Part shown: positions 12,992-25,732 of the stretch, one piece after another
How positions within the stretch are numbered: the stretch's first letter is position 1
Layout: every line of letters starts with the position of its first letter
DNA from: Leucoraja erinacea
Lineage: Eukaryota
NCBI RefSeq assembly: GCF_028641065.1
Contig: NC_073407.1
Span: forward strand, 11,346,001 to 11,410,000
Length of the DNA: 64,000 bases
Direction of reading: 5' to 3'
Notes under the pieces: generated by a model
Told to the model about the DNA's origin: nothing
Seen by the model: only the letters and a program-made list of their open reading frames with translations
Databases searched by the model: none
Made by a program: the position numbers and the translations under genes

Positions 12992-13713
12992 TGTTTAAGA
13001 AAGAACTGCAGATGCTGGAAAAATTGAAGGTAGACAAAAATGCTGGAGAAACTCAGCGGGTGAGGCAGCATCTATGGAGAGAAGGAATAGGCGACGTTTC
13101 AGGTCAAGACCCTTCTTTAGACTGATGTCGGGGGGGTGGGGGGGGGGGGGGCGGCAAAAAGAAAGGAAGAAGCCGAGACAGTAGGCTTGTGGGAGAGCTG
13201 GGAAGGGGAGAGGAAGGAGGGAAAAGCAAGGACTACCTGAAATTGGAGAAGTCAATGTTCATACCACTGGGGTGTAAACTACCCAAGCGAAATATGAAAG
13301 GTAGACAAAAATGCTGGAGAATCTCAGTGGGTGAGACAGCATCTATGGAGCGAAGATGCTGCCTCACCCGCTGAGCTTCTTCAGCATTTTTGTCTACCTT
13401 CGATTTTTCCCAGCATCTGCAGTTCCTTCTTAAACAAGCAAAATATGAGGTGCTGTTCCTCCAATTTGCACTGGGCCTCACTCTGCCAATGGTGGAGGCC
13501 CAGGACAGAAAGGTCAGATTTTGGAATGGGAGGGGGAGTTGAAGTGCTGAGCCACTGCGAGATCAGGTTGGTTATTGTGAACTGAGCGGAGGTGTTGGGC
13601 GAAGCGATCGCCAAGCCTGCGCTTGGTCTCACCGATGTAGAGAAGTTGACACCTTGAACAGCGGATGCAGCAGATGAGGTTGGTTGGAGGAGGTGCAGGT
13701 GAACCTCTGCCTC
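12992..13713 (-). mobile_element. Penelope-like element (Neptune-type) 3' fragment: GIY-YIG endonuclease remnant plus terminal repeat
   Basis: Minus strand reads, with frameshifts, RQRFTCTSSN/LICCIRCSRCQLLYIGETKRRLGDRFAQHLRSVHNNQPDLAVAQHFNSPSH...DLSVLGL...KLEEQHLIFRLGSLHPSGMNIDFSNFR*. This has the CxxC plus YIGET GIY-YIG signature and is followed by the terminal repeat found dispersed across the window. Interrupted by an insertion at 13298-13434. Confidence 0.88.
13298..13434. mobile_element. PLE-derived fold-back insertion nested in the PLE GIY-YIG ORF
   Basis: Flanked by CAAGC(G/A)AAATATGA at 13284-13297 and 13435-13448; removing it restores HLIFRLGSLHP. Confidence 0.85.
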
Positions 13714-13811
13714 ATTACAGGGAACTCTATTCTGCACTGTGTATCTCCCCATTTGCTCTATCTATTGTACTTGAGTTTGACATGGCATTTATGCATCGTG
13801 TTATATGATCT

Positions 13812-13995
13812 GTTTAAGAGGAAACTGCAGATGCTGGAGAATCGAAGGTTACACAAAAAAAGCTGGAGAAACTCAGCGGGTGCAGCAGCATCTATGGAGC
13901 GAAGGAAATAGGCAACGTTTCGGGCCGAAACCCAAGGGTTTCGGCCCGAAACGTTGCCTATTTCCTTCGCTCCATAGATGCTGCTGCACCCGCTG
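13812..13995. mobile_element. PLE-derived fold-back insertion with perfect 60 bp arms
   Basis: 13874-13933 is the exact reverse complement of 13936-13995; TSD TGTTATATGATCT at 13799-13811 and 13996-14008. Confidence 0.88.
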
Positions 13996-14505
13996 TGTTA
14001 TATGATCTCTTTGGTTAGCATGCAAAACAGAGCTTTTCACTGTACCTCAGTACATGTGACAATAATTTACATGAATCTGAGCAAGACTGTGATCAATGTT
14101 ACAAGCAAACTGAGAAGCTTAGCTCAGGGAGGACTGGATACAAAGCTGTTGGTTTTCTGCCTTATACTGCCCCCAGTCCCCCAGATAACCAAGTGTGGTA
14201 AACTAAGTGATGTGCCTGCAGAAGTGGGGTTTGCTACAGTTTGCAGCATCAACACAGACCGGACACACGTGGAGGGTCATGGGGCAGGTGTCCACGCTAT
14301 AGGAGCAGTACATATAGAACATAGTTCAGTACAGCACAGGAACAGGCCCTTCGGCCCACAATGTCCATGCCAAACACGATGCCAAGTCAAGCAGAGCTCA
14401 CCTGCCCGTACATGATCCATTTCCCCCGATCCCTGCACTTTCATTTGCTCACTACTATTGTATCTGCCTCCGCCACCACCCCTGCTTCAGGTCCCCAATA
14501 CCAGA

Positions 14506-14775
14506 GTTACAGCGCCAGAGACCCGGGTTCGATCCCGACTATGGGTGCTGTCTGTACGAAGTTTGTACATTCTCCCTGTGGCCGTGTGGATTTTCTCCGG
14601 GTGCTACAGTTTCTTCCCAAACTCCAGAGACATGCAGGTTTGTTGGTTAATTGGCTTTGGTAAAATTGTAAATTGCCCCTAGTGTGTAGGATAGTGTCAG
14701 TGTACGGGGTGATCGCTGGTCAGCAGGGGCTTGGTGGACCGAAGGGTCTGTTTCCAGGCTGTATCTCTGAACTAA
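14506..14775 (+). mobile_element. HE1-type V-SINE
   Basis: Consensus match from CAGCGCCAGAGACCCGGGTTCGATCC to the tail. Confidence 0.82.
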
Positions 14776-15289
14776 ACTCAATTAAAATGGAATATTGAAA
14801 GAATAAGGCTGAGGGTCCTCCACCTAAGTTATCAGACTGGCTTACAGCACGACAGGCAGATGCTCACACTCACAGTGAATGTCTAATGTCAGAGCTAACT
14901 GCACTGGAACAGGCTGAAGTCATGAGATTAGTAATACACACAGTGGCTCAGCTCTCAGCTTGGGGCAGGGTATGTTGTGTTGAAGGTGCCATTGCTGCTG
15001 TACATAAACACCCAGTCCTGGGGTAAGCAAGTCTTGTCTAAGCAACAGTCCAATTTACATTTTTAAATCCTTCTCCGTCAACACCCCATTCTAACTCCAC
15101 CGTAACCTGACCAGTTAATATATCACTCAACTTAAAAAAGCCAATGATCTCCCAGGAGCGGCTGGAAGTCACGTGAAGTTCACTGCATTTGGCAACCGTT
15201 CTGCTGGAGTTTAGAAGAGAGATTCTTACCAAATGGTGCACTCGGAGCAGTTTCAGCATTGACCGAGATACGTGCAGGGAACATAACCT

Positions 15290-15715
15290 GGCAGGCTTGC
15301 CAGAACTGGAGGGAGAGGTTGAGCAGGCAAGGACTCTACTCCTTGGAGTGCAGGAGGATGAGGGGTGATCATGTAGATGGGTACAAGATCATGAGAGGCA
15401 TAGATTGGATAAATGCACAGTCTTTTACCCAGAGTAAGAGAATCGAGAAACGGAGGACAAAGGTTTAAGGTGAAAGATTTAATGAGGACGTGAAGGGTAA
15501 CCTTCTTACACAAAGGGTGGTGGGTGTACGGAACGAGCTGCCAGAGGAGGTCATTGAGGCAGGTGCTATCTCAACGTTGAAGGTACATGGATAGGATATG
15601 TTTAGAGGGTTTTGGGTCAAGCGCAGCCAGATGGGACTAGTGTAGATGCGGCATATTGTTCAATGGGAGCAAGTTGGGCCAAAGGGCCTATTTCCATGCT
15701 GTATGAGTCTATAAC
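15290..15715 (+). mobile_element. CR1 LINE 3' end
   Basis: RERLSRQGLYSLECRRMRGD..GYKIMRGID. Confidence 0.8.
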
Positions 15716-15788
15716 TCTACATCTAAGCATCGTTGTAATGCAGACTTCCAGAATGACTGTTTACAGGATCAACAATGCAACCAAAGTA

Positions 15789-16100
15789 AGGAGGGGGGAG
15801 GGGAAGGGAGGGGAGGGGGGGGGGAGGGGTGGGGTGGGGAGGTGGGGTGGGGAGGTGGGGAAGGGATGAGGGGAGGGCAGGGAAGGGGGGTAGGGTTGGG
15901 AGGGAAGTGGTGGGGGGCGGAGGAGGGGTGGGGAGGAGGGGGGGTGGGGAGGGGAGTAGGGGTGGGGGGTGGGGAGGAGGGGATGTGAGGAAGGGAGGGG
16001 ATGGGATGAAAGGAGGGCAGAGGAGTGGTTGGGAGGGGATGAGGGGTTGGCAGGGGAGGGAGGGGGGCAGGGAGGGGAGGGGGAGGAGGGGTGAGGAGGA
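15789..16100 (+). repeat. G/purine-rich low-complexity tract with G-quadruplex potential
   Basis: About 310 nt with dozens of GGG runs. Confidence 0.85.
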
Positions 16101-16488
16101 TGTCAGCAGCTCAAGTACGTGCGGAGGAGGGAATTAGAGCTCCATTGCCTGAATTTGTCGACTGTCACTCAGTGTTACAAACACCAGATTTTAAAATAAA
16201 TGGCTCAGAAATGTTTTTAAAGCATTAAAAATGTATGAAGGCAGCAGAATCAAGATCAGTGTCCCTGCCTCTTCACTGTTTGTCTCTCAAGTTTAGTGGC
16301 AACTCCAGTCAGCTTTTTCCAAGAAATTAAATCTCAAAAGCCAGGAATCACACAGGAGAACTTGAGGGTTCCTGGATTCAGAATTGACGGGAACAATTCA
16401 TTTCCACGTGATATTTTTCCGAGAACGTTGTAATGCGGCGGACACACGTTTTAATACTTTTTAGCCTCAACGATCACGCATGGAGTTA

Positions 16489-16705
16489 AGGGCCTGACCC
16501 ACTTTCACGACCTAATTCACCACCTTTTTTACCTGTGGACATTTTTCATCAGGCTAGAAAAACGTCACGACCTACTTGATGCCACGAGTACCTACGACTA
16601 GCATCACGACCTACCTACGACCTTGTGACAACCATGCTGCAAGTATGAGTCAAGGGCAAACTCGGCAGAGGTCGTGAATTAGGTCGTGAAAGTGGGACAG
16701 GCCCT
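16489..16705. mobile_element. MITE, same TIR family
   Basis: AGGGCCTGACCCACTTTCACGACCTAATTCAC ... GTGAATTAGGTCGTGAAAGTGGGACAGGCCCT; internal ACGACCTAC repeats. Confidence 0.8.
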
Positions 16706-16726
16706 TTTTAGTGCTCGGAAATAGGT

Positions 16727-16856
16727 TGTTTAAGAAGGAACTGCAGATGCTGGAAAATCGAAGTCTGAAGAAGGGTTTCGGCCCGAAACGTTGCCTATTT
16801 CCTTTGCTCCATAGATGCTGCTGCACCCGCTGAGTTTCTCCAGCACTTTTGTCTAC
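16727..16856. mobile_element. PLE-derived insertion with inverted 5' part and 13 bp TSD
   Basis: TSD CTCGGAAATAGGT at 16714-16726 and 16857-16869; contains an intact hammerhead motif. Confidence 0.85.
16765..16792 (+). ncRNA. Minimal hammerhead motif (GUU variant, UUCG loop)
   Basis: CTGAAGA-A-GGGT(TTCG)GCCC-GAAA-CG-TT. Confidence 0.62.
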
Positions 16857-17499
16857 CTCGGAAATAGGTCTTCGGCCTAATTCGTCCATGCCAACCAAGG
16901 TGCGTTCCTGAGCTCGACTCTACAGCTTGCATTTGCCCGTACCACTGCAAACCCACTAACGTACCTGTCCACATTTCTTTCCAATGTTGTTATTGTACCT
17001 GCCTCTACCATTTCCTCTGGCAGCTCGTTCCATATACGTATCACCCTCTGTGTGAATAACATGCCCTTCAAATGCCCTTCGAATTCAGAGACACTTTCTT
17101 CCCAGCTGTTATCAGGCAACTGAACCATCCTATCAACAACGACAGAGTGGCCCTGAGCAGCTAGCTACCTCAATGAAGACCCTTGGACTATCTTTAATCG
17201 GCCTTTACTAGACTTTATCTTGCACTAAACGTTATCCCTTTACTATGTATCATGTACACTGTGGATGGCTCGATTGTAATCATGTATAGTCTTTTGGCTG
17301 ACTGGATAGCATGCAACAAAAAGCTTTTCACTGTACCTTGGTGCACGTGCCAATAAACTAAACTAAATCTTTCCCCTCTCATCTTAAATCTGTACCTTCT
17401 AGATTTTGACTTGTGTACCCTGGGAAATGGAAAGTGTCAAGATTTTATAAATCTTCATAATCTCAATTTTGTTTCCCCCCTGGGAAAATATAGTATTTT

Positions 17500-17845
17500 T
17501 AACGACTGGATGTTTCCACTAGTCGGAGAGTCAAGGACCAGAGGCCAATGCCTCAGAATAGAAAGGACATAACTTTAGAAAGGAGATGAGGAGGAATTTC
17601 TTTAGGCAGAGGGTGGTGAATCTTTGGAATTCATTGCCACTGAAGGCCGTGGAGGTCAAGTCAATGGATATTTTTAACGCGGAGATTGATAGATTCTTGG
17701 TTAGTGCGGGTGTCAGGGGTTATGCAGAGAAGGCAGGAGAATGGGGTTGAGTGGGAAAGTTAGATCAGCCATGATTGAATGGCAGAGTAGACTTGATGGA
17801 CCAAATGGCCTAATTCTGCTTCTATAAGTAATGAACTTATGAACA
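17500..17845 (+). mobile_element. CR1 LINE 3' end
   Basis: MRRNFFRQRVVNLWNSLP motif and tail. Confidence 0.75.
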
Positions 17846-18614
17846 GCACTCCAGATGTGGTCTCATAGATCATACCTGGAACTTAGAGCAAGCAGTACAG
17901 GAACTGGCCCTTTGGCCCAGAATGTCTTGTGCCGTACAGTACAGGATCCAGCCCTTCGGCCCAGAATGTCCCGTGCCGAACATCTTACCAAGTTATACTA
18001 ATCTCCTTTACCTGCACGTGAGCCGTTTCACTGCATATCCATTTGCCTGTACTAAAGCCTCTTGAGTGTCACTAGTCGGGGGAGATAGCTGGAAGAGAGG
18101 TGGGGCTGGTAGAAGTCTGGTTAGTGATAGGAGTCTGAAGAAGGGTCCCAACCCAAACCATCACGTATCCATGTATCACGTTCTCCAGTGATGCTGCCTG
18201 ACCCGCTGAGTTACTCCAGAACTCTGTATCCTTAAGTGACAGGTAGATACAGGTGAGGGGGAGAGAGAGGGGGGGGGGGGGGGGGGGGGGGTAGACGTTT
18301 AGACAAAGGCCAGAGATGAAAAGACAAGAGAGTGGGGAAAAGGGAGATAAAGAGATAAGGATGGAAGCGGCATGAAACGTGAAGCCAGGGAAGGGATGTA
18401 GGTGGAAGGGGACAGGGGGTGAAGGGGAAAGGGAGAAATGGGTGTGCATACAGGTGGGGAACAGGGAAGAGAGGGGGGAAAGGGTAAAAAGTAAACAGCT
18501 AATGTTTTCCCTCACATCCAGCCACAACCCATGGTGCTACCTCCAGTCTATGACAAATGTCCAGTCCTGGTCACATCTTCTTTCTCTTACAATAGTGAGT
18601 GGAAACTTTGGTTA

Positions 18615-19205
18615 GAGTCATACATCATGGGAACAGGCCCTTCGGCCCAACTTGCCCATACCGGCCAACATGTCCCATCTACACCAGTCCCACCTGCCTC
18701 CGTCTTGCCCATATCCCTCTAAACCTGTCCTAGCCATGCACCTGTCTAAATGTTTCTTAAATGTTGTGATAGTACTTGCTTCAATGTCCTCCTCTGGCAG
18801 CTCGTTCCATACACCCACCACCCTTTGTGTGAAAAAGTTACCCCTCGGGTTCCTATTGAATCTTTCCCCACTCACCTTAAACCTATGTCCTCTGGTTCTC
18901 GATTCCCCTACTCTGGGCAAGAGACTCTGTGTGTTTACCCGATCTATTCCTCTCATGATTTTGTACACCTCTATAAGATACCCCCTCATCCTCCTGCACT
19001 CCAAGGAATAGAGTCCTGGCCTGCTCAACCTCTCCCTGTAGCTCAGGCCCTCGAGCCCAGGCAACATCTTTGAAAATCTTCTCTGCACCCTTCCTGGTTT
19101 AACAATGTCTATCCTCTAACATGGTGCCCATAACTGAACACAATACTCTGAGTGTGGCCTCACTAATGTCTTATATAACTGCCACACGACCTCCCAACTT
19201 CTATA
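18615..19205 (-). mobile_element. CR1 (HER1-like) LINE RT C-terminus and tail
   Basis: 156 aa open frame LPGLEGLSYRERLSRPGLYSLECRRMRGYLIEVYKIMRGIDRV...NFFTQRVVGVWNELPEE. Confidence 0.88.
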
Positions 19206-19737
19206 CTCTTTCTGATCATTTTCTATTCACTCAGTCACAACAAAGACCAGCTGGAGTTGGACAGAAAACAAGCTGAAGAAAGCAGCCAAAGCCAGTTTAT
19301 AGTCGGCATTTAGTGAACAGGAAAGAGAAGGTTTATGTTCAGATTTCAGACTCTGGTAACTCCGGAGAATGCCACAATTCATGCTGGGCTGATGCCTGAT
19401 CAAAGGGTCAGTAAAGTCCATGGAAACATGACTCTGCAGCGCTGTACTCTGCCTGTGTCTCATCCTTCCCTCATTACATTTCTCTTTCTTGCATTAAAGT
19501 CAGATTTGATCTGTTAACGCTCCGCTCCATGCTGCAGAATCAAGTTTATTTTTTTATATTCATTTCAAAGACATTGTTTGTTGACAAGTGTGCATTCTAA
19601 TGAAAGATATTAATCACCCAATTGTCACCAGGTTGTAGACATCACTGACAAAGACAAGCGTAGAAGGATACAGCCCTGACCTGAGCTTATAACATTAGTA
19701 TAGATGGACAGAAATCGGCTTCTCTGCTGCATCCAAA

Positions 19738-20100
19738 CGGTTTAGGTTTGTCATTGTCACGTACCGAGATGTCGTGAAAAGCTTTGTTTTGCATGACTGC
19801 CCAATCAGATCAGATAATGCTATACATTAAAAACAATCGAGTCAAACTCAAGTAGCATAGGTGGAGCAAAGGGGATGAAACAGAGTGCAGAGTATAGTTC
19901 TCAGCATTGTAGCACATCAGATCCATACCCAAAGTCTAATGTCCGCAATGGGGTAGAGGAGAATCGGACAGTCCCCTGGCTTATGGCAGGATCGTTCAGA
20001 AGCCTGATAACAGAGGGGAAGAAGCTGTTCCTGAGTCTGGTGGCGCACCCTTCCAGGCTTCTGTACCTTCTGTGGGACGGGAGTGGGGAGAAGGAATGAT
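19738..20100 (-). mobile_element. Rex1/Babar-type LINE 3' end
   Basis: FSPLPSHRRYRSLEGCATRLRNSFFPSVIRLLN plus a 3' UTR ending GTGACAAT-(AAACCT)n. Confidence 0.72.
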
Positions 20101-21017
20101 AGGGGTGGGATTTTGTTGGTTGCTTCTCCAAGGCTTGGTGCATAAAACGGATCGCTGCTCGGCCGCAGATGTGGTGGGCCGAAGGGCCTGTTTCCGCCCT
20201 GATGTATCTCTGAAGTCTAAAGTTAGATGAATGGACAGATTGTGTGTCAGAGTGGCACCTCAGCCCAGGAGATTGAGCCAGGAATTCTGTCTTTGGGTCC
20301 GTGAGGTTTAGAGATACAGCATGGAAACAGACCCTTCAGCCCACCACGCTGACCAGCTATCACCCATTCACATTAGTTCTACCTTATTCCACTTTCACGA
20401 GATGTCCCATCTAGTCCCATCTGCCTGTGTTTGGTTCATATCCCTCTATCCCTTTCCTATCCATGTACCTGTGCAAATTTAACCCTTTAAATGTTGTTCT
20501 AGTACCTGCCTCGACTACCTTCTCTGGCAGCTCGTTCATATACCGACTGCTCTGTGTGTGAAACAGTTGCACCTCAGGTTCCTATTAGTTTACACTCCCA
20601 ATGTCAGTCAGCATCTATCTGTCTGGTAACTGACTTGAATATTTGTAACATGAAATAGCATTTGGTAGCTAGCATTAATCAAGATAATCTTGGACCTAAA
20701 TGATGTTCAGTGGTGAGTTTTGAACGTGAGGAAACGCGAGCTTGTGAATTTGAAAGGATCACGCACTCAGCTCACTGCAACAGGAGGGCAAATCACGCAA
20801 GCTACAGATACACACACCCCCCCCCCCAGGAAAGTCCGTTCTCATAAAGGCAAATGTTAAAATGATTCCCACCACCAAAACACCGGTCAGATCCTCACTT
20901 TCAGAAGATGTGCAAGAAACGGAAAATCACCAGAACTCAAGGCAGAGGTTTGTTGTATTTTTCTTGTGAGTTGCAAGAAAATTTACATAACGCTGAGACG
21001 GTTTGAAAAGCACATCA

Positions 21018-21055
21018 AGAAATGAAATGGAAATGAAATGAAATGAAATGGAAAG
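21018..21055. repeat. (GAAAT)n microsatellite
   Basis: Read directly. Confidence 0.8.
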
Positions 21056-21728
21056 CGGAAACTAAGTATGGTAATTTATTTAAAGCTTGAGATTAAATGA
21101 TTTGAAGTATATTGAAGTTCTTCCATCAACTATATCTAAATACTTAACGTCAGGATCAGGGCAGCCACTGAATAGCTTAATACTGTCCCATATGATTTGA
21201 CGGCAATGCATTTGAGGCTTGCCTTAATCTTGTTTGCTTCTTCTAATAGCTTCAACGTGCCTGCTTTGCATGCTGCTGTCCATTGTGGTTTGAACCCTGC
21301 AAGGTTTCTATAGCCCAAAGGCTTTAGTCCCTGGACAACCCAGTCACGTCACCAACTGTTCATCCCGTTGTGTAGGAAGGCAACCAGTGACACCGCGGCA
21401 ATGAGTGACACCCTAGATCTCAGACTAGTTTCATTGTCCTGATTAATTTTACTGGTGTTTTACTGATTGTATGCCTAGTTGTCATCTTCCCCTCAGCTAA
21501 CAATGAAACATTCTACATTTCCTTGATTATCGTCTGCTTTGATCTGTTGCTTTCACTCCTAACCCTTCCATATCTCTGGGCTCCTTCTCCCCTGACTCTC
21601 AGTCTGAAGAAGGTTCTCGACCCGAAATGTCACCCATTCCTTCTCTCCAGAGTTGCTGCCTGTCACGCTGCATTACTCCAGCATTTTGTGTCTGTGTTCA
21701 TCCCACTGTGTCTGTTAGGTAAATCATG

Positions 21729-22042
21729 TGGCACAGTGGCGCAGCAGTAGAGTTGTTGCCTTACAGCACTTACAGCGCCAGAGACCCAGGTTCGAGCCTG
21801 TCTATGGGTGCTGTCTGTGCGGAGTTTATATGTTCTCCCCGTGACAGCGTGGGTTTTCTCCGAGATCTTCGGTTTCCTCCCACAATCCAAAGACGTACAG
21901 GTTTGTAGGTTAATTGGCTTGGTGTATGTGTAAATTATCCGTAGTCTTTGTTAGATCGTGTTAAAGTCGGGGATCGCTGGTTGGTGTGGACTCGCTGGGC
22001 TGAAGGGCCTGTTTCCACACTGTATCTCTAAACTAAACTAAA
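21729..22042 (+). mobile_element. HE1-type V-SINE, full length
   Basis: Consensus match; (CTAAA)n tail; 10 bp CTTACAGC duplication in the head. Confidence 0.85.
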
Positions 22043-22810
22043 CGTTCATATATGTCGATGCACGCTGTGTCCCCATGCAGAAGCAGTGTTGATGATTAGA
22101 TTATCCAAACATTGAGCAGGGAGTGGGTGGGATCAGACGGTTTACGAGCATTGCTAAGGAAGCAAGTCAAAATCAATGCTTCTGTTTCTGGTCAGTAAGC
22201 AGTGCCAAAGGCAAATGGACATAAACTAAAGTATACACTGTGCAGTCCAACAACAAAGACCCATCCCAATCGAGGATTAGATCCTGCCATCCCGGTCAAT
22301 ACTTAACACGTGGCGTGAGAACACGAAATTGGAAATCAATAAATCTGTCCTCCAGCTTTTATATGTGTGAAAAAGAATGGAACCAATTAAGTGAGGAGCT
22401 AGCTATTGAGAATACAAGGACATTGGAAGCCGGACTTTAGGACTCATTTGTCACGCCAGCATGATCATAGCCACCTGAAAATTGTGACTTACGACAAGGT
22501 TTTGAAACTTGGAAATTGAAAATAGCAAATCTTAAGCTGCCACTGAATTTTTAATGCAAAGAACTTTATGGAATTTGAACACCAGTTGACCCACAGTACC
22601 TCAAATAACTTTTCAATGTAATATATTCCACAATGCCTTTGAGAGAACATTTCAGGGAATTTAAAGAACCACTTGCCTTACGTGGTCTGGCTCGTCATAA
22701 AATGGCGGACAATGAGGTCCAAGAGGCAGTTGGCCAATGAAAGTACCCTTGTCCATGTCTGGATTGGTAGGAGTCTCCCGCTGGAGGTGGCTTGTGTGTT
22801 TGAATCAGAT

Positions 22811-23455
22811 GGGACAGTGGCACAGGAGTAGAGGTGCTGCCTTACAGCGCCAGAGACTCAGGTTCAATCCTGACCACGGGTGCTGTCTGTAGAGAGTTTG
22901 TACATTCAACCTGTGACCACGTGGGTTTTCTGTGGGTGCTCCGGTTTCCTCCCACACCCCAAAGACGTACAGGTTTGTTGGTTAATTGGCTTTGGTTAAA
23001 AAATCAAAAATTGGACCTAGTGTGCAGGATAGTACTAGTGTACGGGGAAAGCTGGTCGATGCGGACTCGTTGGGCTGAACGGCATTATTCTGCACTGAAC
23101 CAAAGGGAAACACTTGATATTTGTATTGTGAATCAAGCTCCAAGCTTGTACTTGAAACAGCAGAGTGGCTGAAGAAGTGTACCGACCCGAAACGTTACCT
23201 ATCCATGTTTTAGACCTTAGACTTCAGACTTTACAGATACAGCGTGGAAACAGGCCCCTCGGCCCAACAAGTCTGTGCCGACCAGCAATCATCTCCTACA
23301 CTAGCACTAACTTACACACTGGGGCCAATTTACAATTTACTGAAGCCAATGAACCTACAATCCATTACACTTTAGAATGTGTGAGGAAACCCATGCGATC
23401 ACAGTGAGAACGTACCAGGCAACACCCCCAGTCAGGATCGGCGCTGTAAGGCAGT
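22811..23455. mobile_element. Two HE1-type SINEs in inverted orientation (22811-23085 +, 23225-23455 -)
   Basis: Consensus matches on opposite strands. Confidence 0.75.
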
Positions 23456-24474
23456 CGCCCCCCCCCCCATGTTCTCCAGAGATGCTGCCTGACCTGCTGT
23501 GTTACTCCAACATTTTGTGTCTATCTTCTATCAATTGTACTTGAGTTTGAACTAATTGTATCTATGTATGGGATATCTGTTCAGACAGCATTGCAAGGCA
23601 AAAATGTTCACTGTACCTCAGTACATGTAACAATAATAGACCTAAACCTGAACACAGGAATTCTGGAAACACTCAGCAGTTCAGGCAGCATCCATGGAGG
23701 GGAAGACATGGTTAACATTCAGATGTGTGAACTGTGTTTCTCTTTCTACATAAGCTGCCTGACCTGCTGAGTGTTTTGAGTAAATTTCTGTACCTGTAAC
23801 TCGTGGAGGTGATGGTTACAGCTGTGTTGGAGAGAACGAGCCCCTTCCCATGTTAAGTTTCTGTGCAGAATCTGTAGTAAGAGTGATCTGAGTGAGAGTT
23901 GGCAATGAGCTTGCTCCAGTTTCCTCATCACCAGGCGAGACTCTGAATTAAACCCTCTCCCCCCCTCCTCCCTTCCCTTCCCTTCCAGCTGACACTTGTA
24001 CTAATTTGCACGGATATCTTCATTTAATTTTGTGACCCTCTGGCCCTCCTTTCGCCTTCGACCCCCTTCTCTTCCGCGCCAATTTTACATTGACGGCCTC
24101 TTCAAAGGGTTTTTGCACAGCCCGTGGACCGGGCAGGGATTGGAGAACAAAGCGACGAGGTTGTGCTGAGATCCGTGACTGAGGGGCTGATACGTACGAG
24201 GCCCAAGGGCTGCCCAGTATCCGGGTGACCTTCGGCTTTGGAGTTGAGCCTGGCTTGCTTGAAATAGTCAAGCAGGATGTGTGTGACTTCTGAGTGTAAT
24301 TTGAACCAGTGTTGACCTGCTCCATCGCATCTCTGCATGTTCCTGGCTCCATGTCCCTGCTGCAACCCCCAGTCACGGCCACATGGTCCGCACTCGATGA
24401 ACTACTGTGTTTAGTCAGGGGGTCGACACCGGTGGCCAGTGTCACGGTCTTGGCGACTCCCCACACAGGAACAC

Positions 24475-24915
24475 GGTCACACAGGCCCTTCAGCCCAACT
24501 TACCCATGCCGACCAAGATTCCCCATCTACACTACTCCACCTCCCCGCGTTTGGCCCATATCCCTCTAAACCTATTACCCCATCCTTTTTCTCCAGAGGT
24601 GCTGCCCAACCCGCTGAGTTACTCCAACGCTTTGTGTCTATCTTCTCTCTAAACCTTTCCTGTCCATGCACCTGTCCAAATGCCTTTTCAATGTTGTTAT
24701 AGTCCCAGCCTCATCTACCTCCTCTGGCAGCTCGCTCCATATATCCACCACCCTCTGTGTGGAAAAAAAAATGCCCCTCAGATTCCTAATAAATCTTGCC
24801 CCTCTCATCTTAACCCTATGGTTCTTCATTCCCCTACTCTGGGTAAAAGACTCTGTGCATTCACCTTATCTATTCCCCTCATGGTTTCATGCACCTCTAT
24901 AACATCACCCCCATA
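24475..24915 (-). mobile_element. CR1 LINE 3' end interrupted by a PLE fragment (about 24572-24645)
   Basis: QRVVDIWSELPEEVDEAGTITTLKRHLDR; TCTAAACCT is repeated either side of the PLE fragment. Confidence 0.75.
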
Positions 24916-25259
24916 AATAGTCTGCCCAACCTCTCAGTCCTGGCTCTTCACGAGAGTAACAAGCAAAAGCCTGGCTTTTGGGCTGGTATTTTGGGGGTGG
25001 AATGGTAGTAGGAAGGTATCAAAAATTGGGGATGGGGGAGTCAGGCTTGGGCAAGGGTGCTTCAGGAGATCCACAGGGAGCGGCATGGTGGGGTGAAGGT
25101 ATCTCTTGATTAGTAAGGGCATCAAAGGTTACGGGAAATCAATGGGGAGAAGGCAGGAGAATGGGGTTGAGAGGAAAACTAGATCAGCCATGATTGAATG
25201 GTGAAGTCGACACGGATGGCCTCATGGCCTAAAGCTGCTCCTTTGTCCTACGGCCTTAT

Positions 25260-25500
25260 ATGTGTGAGTGCATCATGTTTCCCGAGTGTACGAGGTATCA
25301 CACTTGTTGAGCATTAGGTGCATAGTTGCATGCACCCTGAGTGTGTAGTGTTGAGCGTGCATGGTTTCACACTCACTGAGTGTGTTTCACACTGACTGGG
25401 TGTGCAGTCTCACAACTGTTGAGCGTGTAAGGTTTCACACTCACTGAGTGTGCGGTGCCTCGCAGCTGTTGAGCGTGTAAAGTTTCTGACCCACTCCCTG
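25260..25500. repeat. Degenerate TG-rich minisatellite
   Basis: Recurring TGTTGAGCGTG...GGTTTCACACTCACTGAGTGTG units. Confidence 0.6.
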
Positions 25501-25732
25501 CTTGGGTTGGAACTGAGCTGATCTTCTACTTGCGTATTGCGTGCACAGCCTAAAGTTGCAGGTCAACTTGTTCTGTTTGATCTTGTTTGTGCACGTCGGG
25601 TTGATTGCATTAGTCGAAACAGGGTGGACCACGTGAAGGTTGCAATGCCCCACCCCACTGAGCTGGTGAGTGGAGCCAAGCCTGGGGGACCAAGGAGCGT
25701 TGCCGACAGCATTTAACAAGGGCATTAGAGTA

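Noticed and set aside
15829-16137. Gly/Arg-rich ORF
   Set aside because: Artefact of the G-rich low-complexity tract.
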